Notes: generated from the sequence alone by a model not told the origin. DNA of 64,000 bases from Azolla caroliniana (GCA_043228905.1 JBHGNT010000013.1:15934001-15998000); one strand, 5' to 3'; numbered from the stretch's first letter, positions 13,042 through 27,540 are shown. Numbers and translations are program-made.

Positions 13042-16000
13042 ATGGAACAAGTTTTGAACGCAGTTGGAACGATCTCTCCAAATGAGACCTCTCAACCCCA
13101 ATCCGCATCTCGCACACAAGCTGAGATCACTATTGAGCAATTGCTCACTACTACCTTGAATCAATTGGCCGAAATGAGACAGGCCAATATGGCATTGGAA
13201 AAGAAATTCCAAGAATTAACTATTGAGTCCAAGAAAGAAGGTGAACCTTCCTTCGTAGTCACGCCTTTCAAGGGAGATAAGAAAGAAAGAACCGAGGAGG
13301 CCATTAGCACTTGGCCTGGTCGTTGGGAGTCTCACTTTGAGCTTCATCCCAAGCCCGATGCAGTAAAAATTTGTTATGTCGGTCGTGAGTTAGGTGGCCG
13401 AGCTGCTGCTTGGTGGCGTGGCCTAAGGACCGCAAAAAACTTACCCACAACTTGGGAAGGTTTCGTTGATGTTTTTAAGAAACAATTCTTGCAGCCACCT
13501 TCTCAAACCGAACAAGCGCAACACTTGCTCACATTGTCTAGTAAGCCATTTACCTCTCTCGAGGATTATGTGCATCACGCTCGGACCCAGATCCAAAAAT
13601 CGGGACTTACGGGTGAGAAATGGTTTGTCGCTTGTTTTTTGAATGGTATTCCCAATGGGGATTATCATTGGATTGTCCATGACAAGGACCCCACAACTTT
13701 CGAGGAAGCCGTCAACATTGTGCTGCGATACCATAGGACTTCCAAGAAAGACCACAATAAACCTGAGTTCGCCAAAACTCCGAATGTCAAGTTCATTGGG
13801 AAACGTAAGCAATCCAGTGACACTCTTGACCGCGACTCAAAGAAACCGAACCTCTTCTGTGCATATTGCAAGAAGCGGGGCCACACAAAGGATACCTGTC
13901 GTCGTCTTGAGAGGAAGTCAATGAACACCCCTCCTCAAGACAAATCTATGAGTCACACAGGTGAGTCTTTTGATATTGTTGAAGTTCATACCAATCACTT
14001 AAGTTTATGTGAATGCACTTTTCCTTCACATTTACTTGGACCTAATGATTTACTCCGAGCAGTCGGATATATCAATGGAACACAAGCACATTTCTTGTTT
14101 GATTCCGGTAGTTCTCACAATTTTCTTAATGATCACTTTGTGCAGCAAATGGAGCTCCACATAAACGCAAGTGATCATATCTATCAAGTTCACATGGCAA
14201 ATGGAAACGTTCAATACATCAGTGGCATTGTTTGTCAACTGCCAATTCAAATAGATACTTATTTGGAGAAGCTTGACTTTCATGTTATGAAATTACAATC
14301 TGCAGATGTCATTTTAGGATATCCTTGGTTTTTTAATAAAAACCCTTCTTTGTCCATTGATTGGGTTAATCACTCAATCACATTTGAACTTAATAATTGT
14401 AAACATTTTATTCAATGTTCCAAACTTCCTTCTCATTCTCTTGTGTCTTCTAAATCTTTAAGTGAGTATTCTAGTTCATTAATTTATTCGTGTGTAATTG
14501 ATCCTGCGGTTCAATTTTATTATTTTAATATTGACGCCACACAATTACCACATTTTGAGCAACAATTACTCGACTCTATTTTAGAGGATTTTCAAGATGT
14601 GTTTCCTACTGAATTACCGCTTACTTTACCACCTAAACGTAATGTGGACCATCAAATTGAACTCATCCCTGGGGCTGCTCCTGTGAGCATTCCACCTTAC
14701 CGACTTAGTCGATTAGAAGAGGATGAGATCGCTAAACAACTTAAGGAATACTTGAGTATGGGCCACATTAGGTATAGTAAATCACCTTGGGGTGCGCCGG
14801 TTCTATTAGTCAAGAAGAAGGAAGGTTCGTGGCGAATGTGTATCAATTATCGCCGTTTGAATAAAATGACAATTAAGAATGCATATCCATTACCTCGTGC
14901 CGATGATTTGATTGATCGTTTGCACGGGGCTCGATATTTTACGAAAATTGACTTACGAACTGGTTATCATCAGATTCGCATCGCCGAGGATGATATTCCT
15001 AAAACCGCTTTTCGTACGCGCTATGGCCATTATGAGTTTTTAGTCATGCCATTTGGGTTGACTAATGCTCCAGCCACATTCCAACAAGCGATGAATGATG
15101 TTTTCCGAGATCAACTCGGTGATTTTGTTGTCGTCTTCTTGGATGATATTTTGATATATAGCCGTACCTTGCAAGATCATGTTCAACATGTTCGATTTGT
15201 TTTGCGAAAGTTGCGTGACAACTCTTTCTATGCAAAACATTCAAAATGTGACTTCTTCCAAAAATCTATTGTGTACCTAGGTCATTTAATTACAGAAAAT
15301 GGCGTTGAAATTGAACCTTCTCGTATTGAAAAGGTTAAACTTTGGCCCATTCCTCGTAATATTCGTGAACTTAGATCATTCTTAGGGTTTGTTGGATTTT
15401 TACGAAAATCAATTCGTAACTATTCCAAATTGACTACGCCATTAACTGACCTTTTAAAAGGTCATCCACGTAAGTCTGTCAAACCAATTTCATGGAATGA
15501 ACAACTTGACAAATCATTTGAGACACTCAAGGAGCATGTGTGTCAGGCTCCCACTCTTCTATTACCAGACCCTTCTAAGCCTTTCTCAATTGAAACCAAT
15601 GCTAGTGATTATGCTATTGGTGCCGTTCTTTATCAAGGTGGTCACCCTATTGCTTTTGAAAGTAAGAAGCTTGATGCTGCTCAATCTCGGTATTCGGTTC
15701 AAGAGAAAGAGTTGTTTGCGGTGATACACGCACTTAAAACATGGAGGCACTATCTCTATGGAAATAAATTTGTGGTTACAACAGACCATCAATCATTAAA
15801 GTATTTTTGTGACCAGCCCGATCTTGTTGGTCGTAAAGGCCGTTGGGCTGACCTTATGCAAGATTTTGATTTTTCCATACGATATCGCAAGGGTTCTATG
15901 AACACCGTTGCTGATGCTCTTAGTCGCATTAAAGAAGTTAACATGCTTAGCTTCACGGAAATAAAATCTGATCTTTTAGATCACCTTCGAGGGAAATACC

Positions 16001-17445
16001 TTGATGACAGTTATTTCTCAAAATACTGGACGAAAGCCGAATCTGGTTTAGATGCCGATACTAGCACCCTACCCTCGAAGGCGACCTTTCACATTACAAA
16101 CGGTTTGCTCTACCGTAGTGGAAAGGTCTGTGTTCCAGATTTACCAAATGTTAAACAGAAAATTTTTCATGAATGTCATGATGCACCATCTGCTGGTCAT
16201 CCTGGAATACAACGCACACTCGTTCTCATCTCGTGTACTTTTTTCTGGCCTAAGATGCGCTCTGACGTGCATAAATACGTAACTCAATGCTTACAATGTC
16301 AGATTAATAAGTCGGAACGACTTAAAGCTGCTGGTCTTTTACATCCCTTAGATATTCCCAACAATAAATGGGAAAGTATCTTGATGGATTTTATTGTTAG
16401 TTTACCTCGTACACAGAGGGGTCATGATGCCATATGGGTTGTCGTTGACAGGCTAACAAAATTAGCTAGATTTAATCCTACAAAAACCACGGTAACCGCT
16501 CAACAGTTGGCTTATCAATTTGTTGATGAGTTATTTCGTTTTTATGGATTACCGATGGATATTGTTAGTGATCGAGATTCCAAGTTTACTAGTGACTTTT
16601 GGACTCAGGTCTTTAAGAAACTAGAAACTACGTTGAGCATGAGTTCCGCAGATCATCCTCAGTCTGATGGACAAACTGAACGAGTTAATCAAATTATTGA
16701 GGACATGCTTCGAGCTTATGTAGCAAAAACCCCTTCTAAGTGGGAGCAATACCTTCCTATCTTAGAATTTGCCTATAATAGCTCTAAACATACATCCACT
16801 GGATATAGTCCTTTTATGTTGATGTATGGTTTTCAGCCACGTGCCCCAGTTGATGTCACGATTCATCGTGATACATTAGACAGTACACGCAATTTTTTGC
16901 AAGACATGAACCAAATGTTGCATATTGCCAAAGAAAATGTCAAGACAGCTCAAGATCGTGCTCGATTTTATGCTGATCAGGATAGACGTCCTCGTGCATT
17001 TACTATTGGTCAAAAAGTTTTTTTGCGTGTCCCGACTGATTCTACGTCATTATCTACGGGCAAGTGCGCTAAGTTAGCCCCACGATATTGTGGCCCATTT
17101 GAAATCCTTAAGCGAGTTGGGTCATCTGCTTATCACCTTGCCTTACCTCGTAACGTTGGTATTCATCCTGTTTTTCACGTCAGTCGTCTAAAACCATTTT
17201 TAGGCTCTGGTGATAACACCATCACAGTCCAAGATCTTGTAACATTAGAGGATTTTTCTTACAAACCTCATGTTCCTGAACGAATTCTTGATTCTCGTAC
17301 TAAACGTTTACGTTCTAAAGAGATTCGGCTATTCAAGATCAAATGGATGGATAAACCTATTGATGATGCCACATGGGAACGCGAGCATTCGCTTAAGGCA
17401 CAATTTCCTCACTTTATATTGCAAGAGTGCAATCTTTTGAAGTAG
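13042..17445 (+). CDS. Gag-Pol polyprotein (gag, CCHC, PR, RT, RNase H, IN, chromodomain), 1467 aa
   Basis: [14 protein letters not shown]; [10 protein letters not shown]; MPFGLTNAP...VFLDDILIY; HHCC and DDE integrase; GPF motif; C-terminal chromodomain PERILDSR...[15 protein letters not shown]. Confidence 0.97.
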   Translation: MEQVLNAVGTISPNETSQPQSASRTQAEITIEQLLTTTLNQLAEMRQANMALEKKFQELTIESKKEGEPSFVVTPFKGDKKERTEEAISTWPGRWESHFELHPKPDAVKICYVGRELGGRAAAWWRGLRTAKNLPTTWEGFVDVFKKQFLQPPSQTEQAQHLLTLSSKPFTSLEDYVHHARTQIQKSGLTGEKWFVACFLNGIPNGDYHWIVHDKDPTTFEEAVNIVLRYHRTSKKDHNKPEFAKTPNVKFIGKRKQSSDTLDRDSKKPNLFCAYCKKRGHTKDTCRRLERKSMNTPPQDKSMSHTGESFDIVEVHTNHLSLCECTFPSHLLGPNDLLRAVGYINGTQAHFLFDSGSSHNFLNDHFVQQMELHINASDHIYQVHMANGNVQYISGIVCQLPIQIDTYLEKLDFHVMKLQSADVILGYPWFFNKNPSLSIDWVNHSITFELNNCKHFIQCSKLPSHSLVSSKSLSEYSSSLIYSCVIDPAVQFYYFNIDATQLPHFEQQLLDSILEDFQDVFPTELPLTLPPKRNVDHQIELIPGAAPVSIPPYRLSRLEEDEIAKQLKEYLSMGHIRYSKSPWGAPVLLVKKKEGSWRMCINYRRLNKMTIKNAYPLPRADDLIDRLHGARYFTKIDLRTGYHQIRIAEDDIPKTAFRTRYGHYEFLVMPFGLTNAPATFQQAMNDVFRDQLGDFVVVFLDDILIYSRTLQDHVQHVRFVLRKLRDNSFYAKHSKCDFFQKSIVYLGHLITENGVEIEPSRIEKVKLWPIPRNIRELRSFLGFVGFLRKSIRNYSKLTTPLTDLLKGHPRKSVKPISWNEQLDKSFETLKEHVCQAPTLLLPDPSKPFSIETNASDYAIGAVLYQGGHPIAFESKKLDAAQSRYSVQEKELFAVIHALKTWRHYLYGNKFVVTTDHQSLKYFCDQPDLVGRKGRWADLMQDFDFSIRYRKGSMNTVADALSRIKEVNMLSFTEIKSDLLDHLRGKYLDDSYFSKYWTKAESGLDADTSTLPSKATFHITNGLLYRSGKVCVPDLPNVKQKIFHECHDAPSAGHPGIQRTLVLISCTFFWPKMRSDVHKYVTQCLQCQINKSERLKAAGLLHPLDIPNNKWESILMDFIVSLPRTQRGHDAIWVVVDRLTKLARFNPTKTTVTAQQLAYQFVDELFRFYGLPMDIVSDRDSKFTSDFWTQVFKKLETTLSMSSADHPQSDGQTERVNQIIEDMLRAYVAKTPSKWEQYLPILEFAYNSSKHTSTGYSPFMLMYGFQPRAPVDVTIHRDTLDSTRNFLQDMNQMLHIAKENVKTAQDRARFYADQDRRPRAFTIGQKVFLRVPTDSTSLSTGKCAKLAPRYCGPFEILKRVGSSAYHLALPRNVGIHPVFHVSRLKPFLGSGDNTITVQDLVTLEDFSYKPHVPERILDSRTKRLRSKEIRLFKIKWMDKPIDDATWEREHSLKAQFPHFILQECNLLK

Positions 17446-20400
17446 GGGAGTATGTTATGTACACATAACGTTGGTGAGGGTAGGTCACTAATATTTACAT
17501 TAGTGAAGGGTATGTTCACTATTATTAAAAAGGGGACTAATGATTGGATAGAATGAATGATATGTGCATGTACTATCATGATTTAGACAACCAATGAATA
17601 GAGAGCCTTTTAGAAAGGCACATCTATTCAAGGGGCCTAGGAAAAGGTATAAATATGAGGCTTAGCTACCCTCATAGATCATCACGTCGGAAGGTTGCTG
17701 TCGTAGACACCGGTGGTGCGGGCTAGGCTTTCGTCTCAACGATCGTGTTTATCTCTTCCAAGGTATTAGTCATCCTAATATCCGGCGGTATGGGACGTCG
17801 GTGGTAGGTTGGCTATGTCTAGATCATAGCTCGGGGGTGGTCGGGTGGAACGGGTTCTTCTATCCTATCTATTTTCTTCCTTTTTACTTGATTTGGTCTA
17901 TTGATTAGTAATAGACTCTTAACACTTCGTGTCCGGATCGCAGTACTTTGTGATGTTCATAGATGACCACAACCGGAAGCTGTGGGTCTCACCATTCTTC
18001 AGCTGGAAGCCCTTCACCACGATTCGGGCCTTAGACCTGGGTGGATTACCGGCATCTCCCGGTTTCAACTTGTACACCCACTTGTTCCGGAGTGCTCTTC
18101 ATTCATTACCGGGTCCCATCCGGAGGGACCGATTTCCCAACACTATCTTCCTTTGAACTTGCCCAATCCGCATCACTAAAGCCTTTGACCTGCAATTCTT
18201 CATCACACTTATAAAACAAAGCATGATTAATAGTATGTAGTATATATCTTCACACTCTCTTAGCTACATTTAAATGTTCATTTGTTGGAGCTTGCATAAA
18301 TTGAGAAAGTACACCAACAACATAACATAGATCGGGTATTGTAATGCTTGCATAGATTAATGATCCTATAATACTTCTATATTTTGTTGCATCTTCTAGT
18401 ATTTCTCCATCACTTGAGCATAGTTTTGTATTTGTGTCAATGGGTTGAGTGAGTGGTTTGCATTCACTCATTCCAAATCTGAATAGAACATCCAACAAAT
18501 ACTTCCTTTGCATCAAGTAGATGCCACTTTTCCTGTAAACAACTTCAATTCCTAAAAAATATTTCAGCTCTCCTATATCTGAAATTTTAAACTCTTTCCC
18601 AAGCTTTCCTTTTATATCTTTAATCCATGTATCATCATTCCTTGTTATGATGAAATCATCATCATATATACAGATATATGCCTCTTTATTTCCTTTTTTC
18701 TTCATATACAATGAGGGATCAACAGTGCTTGGGTTGTATCCACATTTAGTTAGATACTCTACCAATCTTTGGTTCCACATTCGTGGTTCTTGTTTCAAGC
18801 CATAAAGGACCTTTTTCAATCTGCAAACAAAATCAGGATAGTTTTCATCTTCAAATCCAACCGGTTGACTCATGTATACCTCTCCTTGTAGTTCTCCATT
18901 TAGAAATGCATTCTTGATATCAAGTTGATATAACGGCCACCTCTTTGAAGCACTAATTGCTATCAAGGTTCTAATTCTCCCTATCTTTGCAATAGGGCTA
19001 AAAATTTCATCATAATCTATGCTTTGTGTTTGTTTAAACCCTTTTGCAACCAACCTAGCTTTGTACTAGCTAATGAACCGTCAACATTTCTCTTTGCCTT
19101 GAACACCCATTTGTTTGGAATGATTTGCATATCTTCTTTCTTTGTCACTAGATCCCATGTGTGATTATCATTGAGAGCTTTGATCTCTTCTTTCATAGCT
19201 TGCTTCCATTCTGTTTGTGTACAAGCTTCTCCATACATCTCAGGCTCTTTGTCTTTGACAACCTGTTTTTCCATGAAACTATCATAAGTCGACCTTTGAA
19301 TTGGATACCTTATCCTTGATGATCTTCTTTCATTGCCTTTAGAATGTTGTTTCTTCAAGCTATTCGGGTTTAGCTTAGAAGAGGCCATATCTTCATTTTC
19401 AACTTCACTTGTGTCTATCTCACTATTTCCAGCAATACTTGCTTCTTCAGCTATAGGATGACTTTCATGTCTTTCCTTCCATGATGAACGTTCTTCTTTT
19501 TATGTAGATGCCTCTGGATATGAAATTTCAATGCTTGATTGTTGAACTTCACTTTGATTAGTTCCTACATAATCATCATAATCTTCTTCGAGAACTTTTC
19601 CCTTTCCTTTATCTTCATACCATGGTCTTAGTTCATCAAAGACTACATCGTGTGAGACCCTTACTTCCTTTGTTATAGGATTATAACACTTCCTTTTTGC
19701 TCCATCGAGTAGCCAATGAAAATGCATTTTTCTGATCTTGGTTCCATTTTTGGTCTTACTTCCTGAGGAATGTGAACAAAACAAACACATCCAAAAACTT
19801 TTAGGTGTGTAAGGTTAGGTTTTCTACAAGAATCTACCTCCTCTAGTGTCAAGTGATGTATTCCTGATGTTGTGCATCTAATCATCAAGTAAACGACGGT
19901 TATGGTAGCTTCAGCTCAATAGTGTAATGGTACCTTCATCTTGTTCAACATGCATCTTGTGACTTCTGCGATTTGCCTATTTTTCCTCTTAGCTACGCCA
20001 TTTTGTTGAGGCGTATATCGACAAGTAAATTTCCGTTTAATCCCGTTCTCTTGTAAGAAATCTGAAAACTCATTGGAGAAGTACTCCCCTCCACCATCGG
20101 ATCTTAAGATTTTGATATGCCTTCTTGTTTCTTTTTCAACTTCATTTTTGAATCTCTTGAATATAGAAAACACATCTGATTTTTGTTTCATACAAAACAA
20201 CCATACCTTTCTTGATTGATCATCAATGAAAGTGACAAAAAATCTATTACCAACAATTGATGACTCTCGGGTAGGTCCCCATACATCTGTATGTATAAAA
20301 TCCAAGACATTTGGAGCCACATAATTGCTCCTCTTGAATGGTTGCCTTGTTTGTTTACCTAATTAACAAGCTTCACACAATTCATGTAATCCAATACTAG

Positions 20401-23400
20401 TAAATTTTGGAAGACCTCTTACAACTTCATGTTTGGCCATGTTCTTTAGCTTCGGAATGTTAATGTGTCCTATCCTTTTGTGCCATAAATCTAGCTCCGA
20501 GATTTTCTTGTCCCCAAATTGAATATACATGACCTTTCCATAAGGATTTTGAATGTCCAAGGTGAACATCCTTCCTTCTCGGTTACCTTGAGCAATGACC
20601 TTGAAACCTTCTTTAGGATTTTTTATGAAGCACCCATTCATTGAATATTACATGATAGCCCTTCTCTACCATTTTTCCTACTGAAATCAAGTTCTTTGAA
20701 ATTGTAGGAACATGAACATTTGATAGTACCTTTGCTTTACTTGTGTCTCCAAGCCTTACATCTCCAATGTGTTCAATCGTGTGTTGAGTATCATCACCTG
20801 TCTCAACACATCCTTTTCCATTTGGTATCTGTATATTAGTGAACATACTTCCCTGGCATGATGACATATGATTACTACAACCTGAATCAATATCCATTTT
20901 CCATCATCTTCATAAGAGCTTTTAAACTCATGACTCATTGCAAGTAATGTATCCTTACTTCCTTCGCTTGAGGTACTTGCATAATTGCTTTGAGTTCTTT
21001 GATTTCCTCCATTTGGTCTTCCATTTTTCAGCCAACAATCACTAGTAGCATAATGTCCTACTTTACCACAATGATAACATGTTATACCTTTGTGAGAGTT
21101 GTAGAAACCTCAACCTCTTCCTCTAAATATTCCTCGGCCTCTTCCTTGTGTGTTGTCATTTGATCCATCCTTGTTTTCCTCCAAATTAATTTGATTGTAG
21201 TTGAAGTTGTTATGACCTCTTCATTTTCCTCTTGAGCCTCCTCTTGAAATCCTTCCTTTCCCTTGACCTGCATACAACACTTGTTTGTAGCTATCCTTCC
21301 CTTTGAAAGCACCAAAACTAAGCTCTTCTGTGACAAGATGAGGAATTAGTTGATCAAACTTTGGATATTCATCTTTCAAATTCATGGAAGTTATGAAAGG
21401 CTTCCATCTTCCATCTTCTCTCAATCCATTAAGAGTACAACGCACAAGATCTTCATCTTGAACTATTGTGCCAATAGAAGCTAAAGCATCTCATAGCTCC
21501 TTGATCTTCAATGTATATTCATCCATAGATTGACTCGAACTTTTCTTAATTGCATTCAACTCACTTTTTAGTTGAAGTTTCCTAGCTTTTGTATTTGTTG
21601 AATATATCCTTTCAAGAGTTTCCCATGCATCCTTAGCAATTTTTAGATGTTGAATATGCCCTACCATGGAATTAGTAATTACTTGTGAAATGAGGAACAT
21701 GACTTTCCTATTCCTCTCTTCCCATTCTTTTCCTTGTCTCCTTTGGGCTTCGGTGGTTGTAGCTTGATCAATTTTAGGTTGAGCATCCTCTCCGCTCATC
21801 ATACCCCACAAGCCTTTGCCCATTAGGTAATTGGTCATTCTAAACTTCCATATAGGGTAGTTATCTTTATCCAATTTCTCTACTTGTTGACCCAACTTAG
21901 CCATTCAACATATATCAAAGATAATGAGGGTTACCACTAATAATTGTGTAGTCCTCTACTCTTGTTTCGTGAATCCCCCCCTTTTTCTTTAGTTCTTCTT
22001 GATTTTCTTCAACTCGAGGATTGTTGATGAATCTTTTACACCAGCCAAGCTCTGATACCAAATGTGGAGAATTTGTCCTCCTATTCACAGTAAGAAGCGT
22101 ATAGTGAACCGTCGTAAGTTCAATACTTGGACAAACACTTGTCACTCTAAGATTGATAACTCAGATAATATGAAGAATCTGAGGCTGCTATTTTATAGTA
22201 TATACAGAGAAACTACACAGAAAGAGCTAAATCCAACAAGTATTTAACCATAAGAAATGGCTATATATTCATTTAGATATGAATCTTACAAAATAGCTGA
22301 TACAAAAGAAACGTGAGAGAGAGACTAGCAATGTATGTATATCAAAGACAATCTATAGAACTTCTCACTTAGATATGCCACTCAAGGTATTCCTCTTGCT
22401 CTCCTCTTATCTGTGTGTATAGAACAAGTTTTATACCTATTTTTATACCTTATGTTTTATGCTAGCTACTTACATCTTGACTCACCTATTAGACTTCACT
22501 TTTGTAGCCACTGATTTTGTGTCTAATTCTCACCTACCACATATATTTACCCATTACATGCTATTCACTAGAGTCTTTCGATAAATGTTCACTATACATC
22601 TTTAAAAACATAAACAACCATAACTCTTGTCAATAGCTTGTACATTTATCTTCAACAATAAATCCATCTCGACTCCTCTTGATAGGAATTTCAAGCTTCA
22701 CCTCGCATCAGGGTCGACTTGTGATGCGACACGGTTTCGACAGATCGTTGAAAGCCTTATATATTTGACCATCACCCGACCGAATCTCAACCACCTGGTT
22801 AGTCAATTTATGTCACAGGTGTCACTGACACACCAACCACGGACTCAAATGGAGCACGAATGATGGGGCTAAGAGCGTGGATCTTGAGAAACTGGGAACG
22901 TTACAAGAGCATGAAGACAGAGATGAAGAAGGAGACAAGATGGAATGGAACAAGAATACTAGATTGATGTGTCAATGACTGGCGTTGAATCCCTTGAAAG
23001 TGACCAAGGAGTTTGCAAGTATTTATACACGTTCTGTGATTGAATATCTCTAGAATATACTCGAGAAGTATCTCCAGAATAAACCCGTCGTCATGGCATG
23101 GCTTGCCTAGAAGCATAGCGTTGCGTAGACAAAATATATTGTGAAAGTCAGGAAGGAATCATTGGGATTATGGACGGAAGAGACGAAAGAGTAGAGATAG
23201 AGTAAATAGAGATCAACAAGATATGACAAGATAGGATATTGAATGATATTTGAAGGAATAAAAGAGATTTATAATTATTTGATGAAAGAGTTACAAAAGT
23301 GGTTGTAAGCGTCGTTGATCCTTCGAACTTGGTCTCACAAGATAATCGCTCTTCTCTTTCTTGATAGTAGGCCACACCAATCTTCACTTCAATATTTTGA

Positions 23401-23981
23401 TGAAGATAAGGCTTGAACCGCCTCCCTCTTGTTGAGAGTTTACCACCACGATCACCAAGCTAGAGCTCCACCTTTATGTTGAACTTCTTCGTTTCTTTTT
23501 CTATTTTATGGTATCTCTTATGTAATATATATTTGATTGATATCTCATACTTCTCCCCCTTTGATCTTCTCTTTCACCATTTAAATAGGTGCCCCCATGC
23601 ATATGATGCATTGGAGGGTACAAGTCATGCATGTGATGCATGATCACCATCTCACTCATTTGAACTTTCATGTATGAAAAAATATATGGCATAAGAATCA
23701 ACATGAAAATATAGTTTTAAAAACAAAGGACTTAGCCTAATGGTAGGTGTGTTGTCTTTGGTATATGAGGTTGTGGGTTTGAGTCTCTCAAATATTATTG
23801 AATACAACATGTAACGTCGTTTTTATATCATGAAGCAAATCCTTTATTATATATATATTATTAGTATAGAGTAAATGGTAAGATTTGAAAGTCATAGGGT
23901 GGATTTATTGGTTCAAGTCCTCTCTTGTTCGTGTAATATAATATATTTATCTATATATATATATATATATATTATTTTTCT

Positions 23982-26900
23982 TTACATATATATAATATTA
24001 TCATATGTGTTGTTATATCTTTCATCTTCATGTTGATCTATTGGAGGAGGTTCAAGCTCAAACCTTTTCTTAAATACTTTTATCCTCTTTCTAGCTACCA
24101 CGTTTAGGATTAGTGTCTCATCCAATTCACTAAGCTTATAAGTAAAGTCATCATATACTTTTCTTACTGTATAAGGCCCAAACCATCTTTCAGTGAACTT
24201 GCGGACAATGCTATGTTGATTATCTAAACTGCTATCATACACGAGCACCCAATCTCCTTCTATTTTCTTAAGTCGAATTCTATAAGTTTTATCAAAACGA
24301 ATTTTATTCTTCAGTCGAGCCTCCTTCAATCGTTGGGCTGCTATTTCTATATCTTCAGGTCGACGCTCTAATTGTTGAATTCGCAAAGCAAGTAATTCTT
24401 CTCTGTTCACCTCTTCTCTCCATGGAATAGATATCCATGACATAATTGATTCTTCTATCGACATGATGGGCTTTTGGCCAAGTATCAATTTAGCTGGCAT
24501 GTATCATGTTACTGAACTATGAGTTGTTCGATCCGCCCATAGTGCATAAGGTAGCATGCGTGGCCAATCTCTTATTTTACCTTTACAGCTTTTCACGATC
24601 GCCTTAACTATATGGTTATGTCCTCTTTCAATCTTTGTATTGGCTTCTGGATTATACACAATTGTAAGTGATCATTTGACCCCTATTCGGTTGAAGAATT
24701 CTCTAGCTTCATTAGAGTCGAGCTCTCCTCTATCTGTAATTATTTTACCAACACACTCGTAACGACATATTACATCTTCTAACAAAAATTTACATACAGC
24801 TCTAGTTGTTTTTTGTCGTAGTGGTCTTCGTTCTACTTGGTTTGTAAGGTCTTCTCTTGCTAGTACTAAATATCGCATTTGACCTTCCCCAAGTGGCATT
24901 GTCACTAGATCGACCATCCATTTATAATGCATTGGTGATGAATATGTTGGTTTTAGCTCATCTCGATACCGGATAGTTGAATACCTCTGGCAGACCTCAC
25001 AGGTTTCCACAAATTTCGTTACATCTTTATACATATGTGACCACCAATACTTTTCTTTCAACATCATAAATGTCACCCATATGCCTCAATGTCCAGCCCA
25101 CAAACTATCATGGAATTCATTAATTAATTTTCTCTTAATGTCATCCTTACAAATGACTCGACGAGGATTTTCGGTTGGCCTTTTTGGACGCCTCCATAAA
25201 TGCCCTTCATGTAAAAAAAACTTGAATGCTCGTCTTCGAAATTCATTTAATTGTTTCTTCGACCATGATGGGTTGGCTTCTTGAGTCTTTAGAATATTTC
25301 CTATTTCTAACCATTGACCTTCATACTCCACATCTTTGAACATTATACTTACATTAAACTCATCATGAGGCTTAATAGGTACTTGATGAGCAACTTGACA
25401 GCTTGTAGTTACCCAATTCTTATCTTCAACTTGCATCACCCTTTCATTTATGAACCTTGCTCTTGACAACATATCTACGACTGGGTTCTCTTTGCCCTTT
25501 ATATGCCGTAATTTTGGGTTCATAGTTCTAATGTATGCAATCCACTGAAGCATTGCAATATCCGGTGTGGTGCAACTTGCTATCATTCCGATGAGTGGAA
25601 AACAATATGTTTCAACCACTACATCTGCTCCGATCAAGTAATCTCTATCTGTTTTTAATGCAGTAAGCAAACCCCACAATTCTCGTTTAACTTGTGCATA
25701 GTTTCTTTGTCTTTCATTTAATATCTTTGCTCCAAATCTAATAGCATACCGATGTTGGTCTTCATCTTCTTGGTTGATAACCCAACCGATCCCGATTGGG
25801 CTAGTATCAACTGATAATATAATTGGCCTTTCATCTTTGTAGTCTGGTTGACGAAGAACTAGTGCTTTCAATAATGCTTCTTTCAGCTGTTGAACAACTT
25901 GTGCATGTTCATCAGTCCAAATAAACTTCTTCCCTTTTCTTAAAATTTGGTAGAGAGGATCTGAGACATGTGCAAAGTGTGGTAACCAAATATGATAAAA
26001 CACACATGCACCCAAAAATCTTCTCACCTCTTTTACCGAGTCGCAAACTTCCTTCATATTTTGTATTGCGTTAATTTTGATCGGTGAAGGCTTCCTCCCA
26101 TAACACCCACACATATGACCAACTATTAGAACTTCGTTTTGCCCAAAGCTAGACTTTGTTCCTAATAGTGTCAAATGTACCTGCTCAAGCTTATTTAAAA
26201 TACTTTCACAATCATTAATGTGATCCATCACAAACTTTCTACAACCATTTCCAACCATAGTCTCATCTTTCTCTCTTTCTAAGCATCCCTTAATAGGAAT
26301 ATCATCTAAAAATGGCATAGTTACCTTTGGGATGTATTCATGTAGAACTTTGTTCATTGCATTCATCATATGAGCAACTGAATTCGTCGCACCTTGAGGT
26401 AGAGTGCACATTCGAACCAACCCAATTGGTGTTTTCATTGTTGTGATATTGCGACTATCAATTGCTAGTTGAAATTGGTCGTATTCTGAATATAGGTCTC
26501 CCACAGAGTAAATTGCTCTTCCAACAAACGCTTCCACAAATTCATCAACGATCGGTCTGATTCCTGCATTTTGGATTGTGACTTTGTTGACTGGTTGTAG
26601 ATCTTGAATGAATCTTAGAGAACCATCCTTCTTTGGAACTGTGAACCATCTATTGGAGTATGGTGCATTTGAAGGCTCTAAAATCTTCATCTTGACTTTA
26701 TCCTTCAGCAGCTCCAACAATTGAGGTAATCGAGCTCTCGGTACTGCAATAGGTTTAAAATTCCAAGGAATATGAGGGATAGTAAATATTACCATTGGCA
26801 TCACCGCCTTTGGATCTACACAACCAATCTCCTCAGCTTTGAATGCGAACGCTTTCCCATGCCTAAAGATCATTTCTTTGAAAGTCGCGATCTCTGATTG

Positions 26901-27540
26901 CAGAAGAAATTCACCCCTCCGATTCTCAAGTTATTTATTGTCTCCGAAGTGAAGGATGTCCGATCTTCTCTATTGGTCGAAGCATAGGCTCGGTTGCTGC
27001 TGCCTCCATCTTCTCTTCACTACCAATAGGTAATGGTACTGCAGCAGGTTTGACCTTTTTATCTATTGTTTTGTATTTTGTATTACATAAACTTTCCACT
27101 TCTTCATATTTGCAATTATGCCTATCAATCTCATAATACATATCAATTGAGTTTACATGTATCTTTCTAACACTCTCATCACCTTCTTTCAAATACATTT
27201 CTAACTCTTCTAAAGTATTTGCAAAAGAAATTTCTTCCATAACACTTTCAATCTGCTCTTCCATTTCAAGTACTCCATTATCCTTCAATGCCTGTTGAAA
27301 CAGATTAGCATTCTTTTTCAAGTTCCTCTTGCATTCATACATCCTAGTCACACATATAGCACCACTTTCAAAAACATGAAATGACTTATTCATATGTTGT
27401 AATGCCCTATATGAGGGTCTTTTAATAATGGGACTATTGCAACCCTCACTCGCAACAGTCCTAGTCAAAAACCTTATTATCAAAATCATCACAGTCTTTT
27501 GGTATTGAATGATCACGGAGCTCTTGCTTGTTCCTCTCAT
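23982..27540 (-). pseudogene. Pol (RT-RNase H-integrase) of the tRNA-Trp gypsy, broken into four ORF pieces
   Basis: LRFIQDLQPVNK, RMCTLPQGATNS, PFLDDIPIKG (RT). LSVDTSPIGIG (RH). H..H/CEVC, ITDRGE and WFGPY (IN). Frameshifts or stops at ~26900, ~25080 and ~24670-24500. Confidence 0.9.

Larger units (their letters stand above)
10816..17924 (+). mobile_element. Full-length young Ty3/gypsy chromovirus-type LTR retrotransposon
   Basis: LTRs 10816-11287 and 17453-17924 (472 bp, TG..CA, only 2 differences found by eye). TSD cttcg on both sides. PBS tggtatcagagc 11289-11300. PPT agtaggggag 17441-17450. Confidence 0.97.
10530..17995. repeat. Four-arm alternating inverted-repeat array of an ~80-bp copia integrase fragment, split by the gypsy insertion
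   Basis: Arms at 10530-10611 (-), 10624-10713 (+), 10735-10815 (-) and 17933-17995 (+) all encode variants of [23 protein letters not shown]. Confidence 0.85.
9898..22657 (-). mobile_element. Degenerate Ty1/copia element interrupted by the foldback array and the chromovirus
   Basis: 5' LTR 22063-22657 (TGTTGAAG...CCACA), PBS-Met 22049-22060, gag 21904-, protease (DSGCSNHM ~20890), GAG-pre-integrase, integrase 19916-20320, RT 18250-19053, RNase H 10100-10530, PPT ctccccct 10095-10102, and a truncated 3' LTR 9898-10094 matching 22462-22657. Many frameshifts. Confidence 0.85.

Noticed and set aside
27461-27540. Programmed frameshift between gag-PR and pol
   Set aside because: The overlap is in the +1 frame near a GGTTTTT run, but the element has other disabling indels, so a programmed shift cannot be told from decay.
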